64,000 bases of DNA from assembly GCF_001194135.2 (NCBI RefSeq), contig NC_068984.1, positions 26,421,406 to 26,485,405 of the forward strand. Direction: 5' to 3'. This stretch comes from Octopus bimaculoides. Lineage: Eukaryota. The notes under the pieces were generated by a model. It was given only the letters and a program-made list of their open reading frames with translations. It made no database searches and was not told where the DNA came from. The position numbers were made by a program, and so were the translations under genes. Below, piece by piece: positions 54,125 through 64,000 of this stretch (positions are counted from its first letter, which is position 1; each line of letters opens with the position of its first letter).

Positions 54125-55154
54125 TATGATTCGTTAGTATTCTGATTTTCCAATTCTATTAAAAACCTTGAAAAATCAAATAATGAAACTACTTTAGTAA
54201 TAAACTTCACATCAATGTCTATAACCATCTCGTCCAGCTATTCATTGAATTTGGATTTTATTTCTGTCTACTCTGCAGTGTGAAACAGGGATGCATTATT
54301 GTTCGTATAAAGTAAAACTCTCACTCACACTCACCTATTACGAGGAAATCCTTAACACTGAAATTCATTATCTTTTTGTTTCTCTGATGTAATACCAATA
54401 GTTACCGCGATGGATTGGTTTCTGGCATTTCGAACGCGACTAGCTTAGATTCTGAACTGAAGATTCAACTAATTTATATTACCAATGCCTTCATCCCCGG
54501 AATCTCCCATTTTGTATTGCTAAATTTTAAAGGAAAATATGTTACTTTAGAAAGGAGCCAACCGGAAATGGATCACATCTTGCGCATTCGAATGCATAAA
54601 CAAAAATTAGTCATAAAAAATAACATTAATAAAGCATATTTACTATTAATCCCGTCTCCTCCATTTAATTTTGTTCCTTACATTGACATAAAACAACATA
54701 TTTATTTCGGATTAGTAGCGGATGACTCTAATGATAGGAAATGAAAACTGACTTTGGCAGGATTTATATTCAGGATGTAAAGCGACATAACTAAATGTAA
54801 ATTAATTCAGTATGGTTCTCTGCCGCTTTTGGAGCTCCACCGCCCAAACAAAACTACAAAGCGATGCATTTTAACTGTAGAAAGGTGAAGACGACCCTAA
54901 CGATATTTGACCAAGAACATAAAAGAACGTAACGGGATATTATAGTATTGATAATGATAAGAAAAACGGGTATCACTAAAGGACCATTGTGGTTAGCCGG
55001 CATATGAAACCGATTTAAAAGGAAGCACTGCAACCGCCAGCATTATATATCCCTTTAAACTCATTATATATATCGTCTATCTCGATGTTTTGTTGTCCCT
55101 TTCTTGTATCATCTAACTGTCTGGATGCTTTGCGTTCTTGTCCCATTTTGTATT

Positions 55155-55239
<85 letters not shown>

Positions 55240-55311
55240 ACAAAGCAACACAAATCGCCGAAAAGACTTGTAACAAATGCGAAGCTCTACACAACAACCA
55301 CGTAACCAACG

Positions 55312-55715
55312 GTTAAAAAGTGTGGACGCCCAAAATGTGGAACATGCCCCAACATACCGGAAGGCTCGGAATTCATATTCAACCGAAGAGAGAGGTTCAC
55401 AATTAAAACCAACTTCACCTGTGCTTCCAAGGATCTAATTTATGTTATAACCTGTTCAGGTTGTGGACATAACTATGTAGGACAGACAAGTATGACACAG
55501 ACGGAGAACGACACGACATAAGGAACAGATCAGGTTCCCGCAATACAGATGGATTCCTTTGGATGAACACATAGAGAGATGTGCAGGTAACGTCCAACCA
55601 AACTTCAGTTTTCCCCATCTAGCAGTGTAAAGAAACAATTTCTGTACAAGAACGTTTAAATAAAGAAAGTTTGTTTATCGAAAAATACCGAACACGTCTA
55701 AATATGAACGCATAA
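55312..55715 (+). mobile_element. Penelope-like element GIY-YIG endonuclease remnant
   Basis: VKKCGRPKCGTCPNI...IKTNFTCASKDLIYVITCSGCGHNYVGQT, then after a frameshift RHKEQIRFPQY..LDEHIERC...RLNKESLFIEKY. Not in the ORF track. Confidence 0.9.
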
Positions 55716-56071
55716 CCAACTTTGGTCTCAGTATATATTTTAATTCATGATCACATACCTAACACTGTACATATTTCATCTCATTACTTTAGCTTTTGCG
55801 TTTTCGTATATATATTTATCCTCTCACCGAAAGATGAGCAATTACCTCCCCTGTTCCCAATAATAACGATCACCTCCCTTTAGATTTTTATACTTGTTGA
55901 ATCATTCATTCACAAACTTCTCCACACACAACATGGACGAAAAGCTTAAGAAAATACGAAATTACAATAATTTCAATGTGATGACTAACAAAAACGGTCG
56001 ACAAACGCAATATTCTTTCACTTATAAAATATATTAAAAAATATATTAAACTATGTAAACTGTGTGCAATT

Positions 56072-56105
<34 letters not shown>

Positions 56106-57925
56106 CATTACAACTTAACCACGTGGGGATAATCGAAATTCACCTCTTTCTTTTTTGTTTCTCTTTCTCATATATATTCATTACTATAAGAATATCGCAA
56201 TTAGCTCCATTATATGAAAACATACGAAACATTGGAAGAGGGAGCGAAGGCTAAAAGTGTCGTAAACTTGGTACTTGGTGATTCACATCGTCATGAAAAA
56301 TAAGGTAATATCTAGTTTCAGATAAAGCTGCTTTGGCTGAGTAGCGATGTAATGTGATAAGACAGTTGGATTGAAACAGAAATGAATGGGTCAAATTAAA
56401 GGTGGAGACAGGGAGTAAACTTAGGTCATTGTAGTGAACGAGGAGAGTGAAGTGAGTATGGTACGAGAGACAGCGTAAGGTATAAGTTTCTTGTGAGAGA
56501 GGATTGGTGGGAAGAGCTAGCAGTATCGTATGAGTTAAGATAGAGAATCCGAATCTAGAGTCTTAAACTTACTATTTTTTTTTTTTAACAACGATACCTG
56601 TATGTAGGCTCGAGTAGTAACTAATGCTACCGCAATGTTTCGGACTACATTATGAGTAGCTTGTGTAGTACAAGTTTAAATTAAAATTCATTTAAATAAT
56701 ATGAAGAACTAAATATGGCAAAAGTTTGGTAGGATGGAAAGGGGGAGATAAAAGAGGAAAGTGAAATAGGAATGAAGAGAAGCTACAGCTTAAATTGTGA
56801 TTGAGTGGTACGTTAGTGCTATGTATGCTTCAACGAAAACCTATCCCCTTTTATCCTAATTATGTGCCTGGCTCGAATTTGTTTGATACAGGATTGTGTG
56901 GCATTTGTGTATTTCAATGATATTAATGACGTCAGTGAAATCGCTAACGCTTAGAATTCGCATCACATCATAGTTTCGGCTCACTGAAAAATTACCTCTC
57001 CAGTGCTCGCCATTTCTTGTTGAATCCTTATATATTGCAGTGTAATTATAGTCGAGATAAACTTCCGGCAGACTTGACACGTTTATAATTCGCAGTGGAA
57101 GCCATTTCAAACTAAGTACATGGCAAATGCCAATGAAAGAAAATATGAACATCCACAGTCTTAACCCTTCTTCACTAAAAATTAACATGTCTACTTTTTT
57201 TTTACGGGAAACATACGCATATTCCTCTACGATTGTCCGTGGAATATTTCCAGAATTACGTTTCCTAGTAAAAGATTTGAAAGAAACATGTAGTGCACAA
57301 CAAAGTCTGTTCGCTAATTGAAATATGATAATCAGTCAGTTTGTAAAAGTTTATTTACGTAAAATACCTTTCAGGCTACTAATATTAGAAACGCAATAGA
57401 AAACTATCAATACATCCGTAGCAAGGTCAGTGTTCTGATGCGACTATGTGAATAAAATTTCTTTTGACTGGATGCAAAATCTCTGTATTTCAAAGCATTT
57501 TACTAGGGGGTTTAAATAACATAAGTAAAGAGAAACGACTTCAGCATAGGATACAAACAAATTCGAAGTTTTAGTTAACTGAGTGATTAGTTTCCCACTC
57601 TATGACGATCATCATGTAAGTATATGTTAGCTCGAACAACAGATTTTATTATTGTGACTACAGTATGGGTAGCCGAGTGGATAAGCTCATAATCCTACCA
57701 TTGGATGTGTAAACAAAACCAAGACTTATATATGCGTGTGTTTCAATGTGTGTGTGCGCGCGTGTGCGTATGTGTGTGAACATTAATTTAACTGTTTATA
57801 GGTTTTTTTTGGTGCACCAATCTATGCTTCATTGAATTTCCAATGGAGGAAATGTCAAAGAAGTGTCTGTGCAATTCAGTCTGAATAAAATACCAAGCAA
57901 AATTTTTATTCAGAAGTGTTTCTAC

Positions 57926-57970
<45 letters not shown>

Positions 57971-59129
57971 TCCCCCCTCTCTCTCACACACACACAGACA
58001 AATACACACCCTTTCTCAAGATGAGCTTCCATTGCTCTGTCTATCAAAATTTTACTTATAAGGTATTGTTGAAACAGAGGATATTGAAAAAGAGATCACG
58101 GTTTTGATCATTGGGGAAGTTACAGGTAGTTACTAAAAAATTTCTCAAGCACACAGCCATACCTGCACTAAAATATAACTTACTGTCATGTCCTTTAGTT
58201 CCTTAGCTTTGTTGCGACATCGCAAATAAGAATATGCTAGTGAACCGCTTTATTTTTACAATTGCAATTCTATAACTAGAGCAATAATAAATTACTCCCA
58301 GATCATATTTACAATTCCGAACGTTATTGTTGACGAAATTGATGAAATGATGTCTTTAAATGGTCCATTTCTGGTATTGCAAAACCATTAACTATCAATA
58401 GTTTTGTTTACCTGACGAAGATACATCTGGAGATACATCCTCCAAATGTATCCTCTCCTACTCATTTATGAAGGAATGATCCAGTCAGTTTATGGCATAA
58501 TTCTTTGTGTTTGAGTTCTAACTAATGAGTGAATTTTATTAAATAAAGTGGCATTAAATACAATCTTTACCGAAACGAACCTCACAGAGAACCTCCTTAC
58601 GAGTGTTTGATATGCTAGAAATAATAGCGACATCTCCCTCAAGTCATAAAAATGTTGCATCATTGGATAGCGTAGCCCTTTATACACAATTAATAATGCA
58701 ATATGGTGATTTGGGATAATTTAGAATGTGAAACACACTTAGTTATGCAAATTGGACTGACCAGTTTAACTGTGCCTCAGTCTGAGTGCGCTATGATACT
58801 AATCTCTTCGTGGATAGAAGATGGTCATCCTTTCTCTGCTGAAAGCCTAATGTTAGAAATCAGTGAGTCTAATTAGTGAAATCGATCTACTTTCAATCCA
58901 CACAAAAAAAAAAAAAAAATCTGTCAAAGTTTCATCAATATTTTCTTATATATATATCTAAAAATAATCTTTAAAAAAAAAAAGAAAAACAGAATCGCTA
59001 ATATTTGAAGCAATTTTGAACTACTACGTTGTGATTTTATTGTGCAGGTAACAATTTACCCTAATTAAGATCAAAGGAATTGCATACCTGACAATCATTT
59101 GTATTAATAACATTTAATAGAGTGATTAA

Positions 59130-59240
59130 GTTGGCGAGCAGGCAGAATCGTTAATACGCCAGCCAACAATGCTTAGCGGTATCTTGTCTGTCTTTACGTT
59201 CTGAGTTCAAATTCGGCCGAAGTCGACTTTGCCCTTTAAC
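59130..59240 (+). mobile_element. SINE family A, 5' part
   Basis: ggcgagcaggcagaatcgttaatacgcc...gttctgagttcaaattcggccgaagtcgactttgccc. Confidence 0.8.
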
Positions 59241-60456
59241 CAATATTTAAAAGAGTTATTGATTTGAAAAATGCATTTAATCTTAATCATTATAAAATAG
59301 CGTAAAGGTTGTGTTTACTGGCCGATTTTTCTGAATTAGAGATTTTCTTTCTAATTGTTTTAATTAGAACTCAATAGATATCGTAATTACTGCAAGAAAT
59401 AAATTTAAATATAATTAGGATTGGTAGATATAAATTGAAATGCTTAGTGATAGACAGAGCTTGTAGTTGTGAATTCAAGTTTCTGGAAAAACAAACACAG
59501 GAAAACAATAACAAAAAAACTAAACAAATAAAACGGAATATGAGTCTGTCGTTGCTTTTCTGGGCTTAAATTTTAATTTTTTTATAAAACCATTGGATTA
59601 TGCGAATATATAAGACGAAGAAGAAAAAAAAAAAACCTGTTTTTCCTATTTATATAAACGAACCTAAGATGCCTGAAATAAATGTGCATTATGTGTCACT
59701 CAATGATTAGAAACAAATATACATATGCCAAATTCTCGGATGGTAGACCTAAACTGCTGCATGGTTTAACGCCACAACCTAGCCCATGGTTGCTTTTAGC
59801 GAGATCCACTCAGACAAAGCTTTCGACTTTTTATCCGACTTGTGAAATCTGATAGGAGGAAAGAAAAGAGGAAAAAAACAGTATTCATGGGATGCTGCAG
59901 TAGAAAATACTGTGTCAAAATACTGATAGTTGGTTGTACACTTCTCCCCCATCTCAGACTGGAGTACATAGGTCAATTGTTTTGTTGTTTCTGTATGAAA
60001 GCAAGCTATATTAATTGTTCTTTGATTGCTTATATAATCGTTCTCCTCTCATCTGAATAAAACATATCATTGTCACCCAAAGGAAAAAAACAAAAACAAA
60101 ACATAGGAGTTGAAACCACGATCTTATGATCATGAGCCGAATCGCCTAAATACCAAGCCACGTGCCGTCGCAAGATGGAGAGATAGATCGACAAAAAGAG
60201 TAGTGTCGATTTTTCTAAATAATACATGTCTTGCCGACATAGATTTAACAACAGACATTTTGGATTCTGTTTTATCGTGGATAGATAAGGAAAAAGAGAG
60301 GGGGAGAAGAGAAAGAGAGAAGGGAGAGAGGGCGAAAGAGGGGAGGAAGAGAGAGAGAGCGAAAAGGGGATGAGAGCGGAGGGGAGAATGAGAGCAAGAG
60401 AGGGAGAGCGAGAGAAGGGAGAGAGTGAGAAGGGAGAGCGAGTGAGAAGAGAGAGT

Positions 60457-60508
<52 letters not shown>

Positions 60509-62670
60509 ATGGAGGGAGAGAAAGTTGCTAGATTTGTTTTTCCTAACTTGTATGAGAGAAGAAAGCATATTCGTTTTTATTTTGGAAAAGACTGTAAACT
60601 TTCAGATAGGCAAGTTGTAAAATCGACCGTTTTTCACACGGAAATTTCAGTATTTAGTTTCATTTCCCGGTTTGTTGTCAAACAGGAACTTTAGACATAA
60701 GTTAGCAGGCTCCCCGGAGAGTTATAACTGACATAAATTGAGAATGTTTATTGGTGTAGGTGGATGGGTAAAACTAGAAGTGTACGTTATGAGTGCGTGT
60801 ACACACGTGTATACACAAACTTATTCGATTATGTGAGTTCAAATCGACCCAACCGTTTTACTTTTTATTCTTCTGGGGTCAATATAACATCGCCATGTTC
60901 AAAATCATTAGTCCTAGACAAATGGGTTTGATTATTTTAACTAAATCTCTCGTATAAATTGATCTTATAACCGTGCTAATAAACATTTAAACTTATTTGC
61001 CTTTCTTGACAACTGCTCATTGCAGCAGGGTGAGAATATTACCCGACGAGTGAGCCACGATGCAAGTCGATGTGAGCCAGTGGCGATTTATCTCGATAAA
61101 AACGAAGGCCCAATTAAGGTGCTGAGGGTGTGTTTCGAATAGGATCTCCAAGTTGACAGGGACTAGGAAGAGATCGCAACCAGGTGAAGGAACAGGTTTC
61201 GTTGGCCAGGGAATCGATCTGATGCCAACTCCCATTCAGTGTTGGTTTCGAGATGCTGTCACCGATGATGTGCAGGCACATGCTGAAGCTCATACGACTG
61301 CAAATATTATATTTTTACAACTGCGACGAACATTTTCCTTTCTGGTCAAGCAATCTCTAACACTCACTTTATAAACTCGTGTTTTGCTTTTGTATTATTC
61401 TGAATACAAGACTGGAAAACAAACGCACAAGTAGCGACATTGTGCTTAAATTGGAATTGGTAATTATTCTCATTAAAACAGTAATGACAGAAATAGATCG
61501 AAAGGCTGTCTAAATTCCTTTAATAATTAGTTTTACATTTTGACGTTCAAGTTCCAGCCCAGCTGCTCCTCATCTCTCTGGGCTCAAAAAATAAGTATTA
61601 GTCATGTACAGTAATGGATTCACTTGACTATACTCTGCATATTTCTTAAATGTTTGTCAATAATAAAAGGTCTACTAATATTATATGTTTTTATAACTGT
61701 TATCAGTTGTTATGAACCAAAATTGTTGTTTTAATATGTATACATTTTTGAAGTGAAGGAGTCTTTTAGAGCTAATCTAAATTTAAAGACGATGATTGTT
61801 TGAAATGATAGTGTTGCTTATTTCTCTTGCTTCTTATGTTGTAGATGTTGGTCTTGTCTTATGGTGAACATAAACAAAAAAAAATCATTGATAACAACTC
61901 ATCCTGGAGCCTACTTGATAATACAATGTTATCTGGGCGTAAAGTTTAACAGTATGGGTTGGATATCAGGGAAAGATAATAAGAACAAAGCTTCATTGGT
62001 TGTTATCATATGCTTATGAGTGTATGTGCTTATGAGAAGCTTAAGGGAAATAAGTAAATGGATAAGAATTTCCTATTATATATCTAATAAAAATTAATTT
62101 GTGGTGGATGTCTGTAATCGATTGAATTATCCTCAGTATTTTGCTGGTATTTATTTTACAAACACCAGTAAGATGAACTGTGAATTAATTTCCAAGAGAG
62201 TCTAAAGTAACTGTTCCGACTTTCTACTGTCTTGACCATTTCTTCAGTCTAGGTGTTCTTATTGTGGTACATCTTAAACAAACATGTGTAAACGTAGGTG
62301 TAAATTTGATACTTTTTATAACTTTTATGTTAAACATAAATGCTAACTGACCTCAGCTTAATTTAAAATTAAAATGTACAAAGATGAAACTAATATATAG
62401 GTGGATAGTAATAGCTTTGGTAAATCGTAAAAGCTTCTGCGTAAGTAGAACAATTTTAAAATTGTTTATGTATATTAGCATGGAAGTCACCAATATGCAG
62501 AAGAGCTCTGTTTTTACAACTCATCTCATACCTGTGTCTCTTGGTCTGTGTTTGGTCGAAAAACCCAAGCACTCATATTCAGTCAGTACTTTCACGCTGC
62601 CTCTGAATCAACGCATTAATCCATTCCTCTTCGGATACACTGTATAAGACAGGGAGAAGGAGAAAGAGAA

Positions 62671-62773
<103 letters not shown>

Positions 62774-63209
62774 ACTTCTGGTCCTTGGGGAAGCTTAGCA
62801 GGATCCCAAGCATTCAGACTAGGTGTCGCATCTGAAGTGTCTTTCTCCCTTCCCCTCTTATCTCGGAGACTCATTGCAAAGTCATGGGCACTGCATTCCT
62901 TTTGAGACTAAGTCATTTTAAAAGTCGATGAGGTTAATTCGCCACTCGGGTATGTATAATGAGGCAGGATAAATATTTTCTTGAAAATTTTCTTGAAAAT
63001 TTTCTTGAAAGGATTCTAGTCTATAGCGAATTTCTTTTCGAGAAAGCCTAGATTTTCTTCGCCAACTTCCTACAACTAACAAAAAAAATGTCAATGTTTA
63101 ATACATTTAGAAAGTATACTGGAATATTACCAACTTGATTTTGGCTCTTTCTATCTATTCAGCTCTCATAATGAGTTTGTATGACACATATATGCACACC
63201 TTACCCATT

Positions 63210-63480
63210 GAACAACCATGCAGAATCAAACCTCTTATTTAACCTTATACCCAACAACATATACCCAACAACATCAACAAGACAATATTGTTTGTCATCT
63301 TTAAACTCAGATAAAGCAACATTCAATAAAGCACTGTAGAGAACCATAATGTAAATATCACGAGGCAGCACCAACAGAGAAAGAAACAACACGTAAATGT
63401 CGCAGCACAGGGGTCAACTGCACAAATGGTAAATATTTTGAAAAACAGTGTAGCACGCTAACATATCTTCTAACAGCGTT
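63210..63480 (+). mobile_element. possible decayed Penelope-like (post-RT region) fragment
   Basis: PTTSTRQYCLSSLNSDKATFNKAL weakly resembles the IPxSINxRLSxLSSDxxTFNKA segment of Naiad-type elements. Confidence 0.3.
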
Positions 63481-64000
63481 TCAAACTACTAAACAGGGCT
63501 AACAGAAAAAGTTAAAAATCGTTAGCACTTTGCTACTTGGTAAAAATCTATGGCACCGTTCGAACACATTTTGCAATCAAAGGATCCAGGAATAAACACA
63601 ATACGTGGATATTATTGACAGAGCATCAGCATATATATATTATATGTATATATATAGAGGGAGAGAGAGATCGAGATCCAAAGTTTGATATCGCCCCATT
63701 AGAAAGAAGCTCCCATCATCCTAAATCCCCGATTCCTAAACCAAAACTGCAAGTAATTTTAAATCGGTTCATTCTCTGGATTGCTGATATAAAAATATAG
63801 ACTTCACTAACAGTACAACCAGCCACATAAACAATCACTTGTCTAACTATGCGATTAGCACTAATGCAGAACCACCTGCCGGCGCATGTCTGAGCGTCAT
63901 AACTAGCACTACTAACCGTCTGTTGATATGTGTCAAAAACAAGGAATTCATCTATAAATTGCCATCAATGTAACTAAGCCTTTATCAGAACCACCTTTAA

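Noticed and set aside
53755-54130. GTAAG donors at about 53775 and 54099 as the end of Mox exon 1
   Set aside because: The upstream phase-1 frames hit stops quickly, and both sites lie in or beside repeat sequence and the MITE TIR.

Overview
AT-rich, microsatellite-dense eukaryotic DNA with many N gaps. Its SINE families and repeat landscape point to a coleoid cephalopod, most likely Octopus (inference, not a database result). The one confidently identifiable gene is a Mox/Meox homeobox gene on the minus strand. Coding exon 44915-44740 splices to terminal exon 40827-40702 to give a complete homeodomain ([44 protein letters not shown]|VKVWFQNRRMKWKRVK). Its first exon could not be located with confidence. 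The rest is repeat-rich intron and intergenic DNA: at least four tRNA-derived SINE families, decayed RTE, CR1-like, R4/Dong-like, HERO-like and Penelope retroelements, a Gypsy-like LTR with a tRNA-Ser primer site, and DNA transposons (DD35D pogo, Tigger, two mariner/Tc1 types, two MITEs). Most entries in the supplied ORF track are microsatellite or N-gap artefacts. I found no convincing new multi-gene system. The best leads are a candidate cassette exon in the Mox intron, a mariner element built from two 5' ends, the LTR-PBS relic, a Merlin-like MITE carrying telomere-type repeats, and long microsatellite palindromes.
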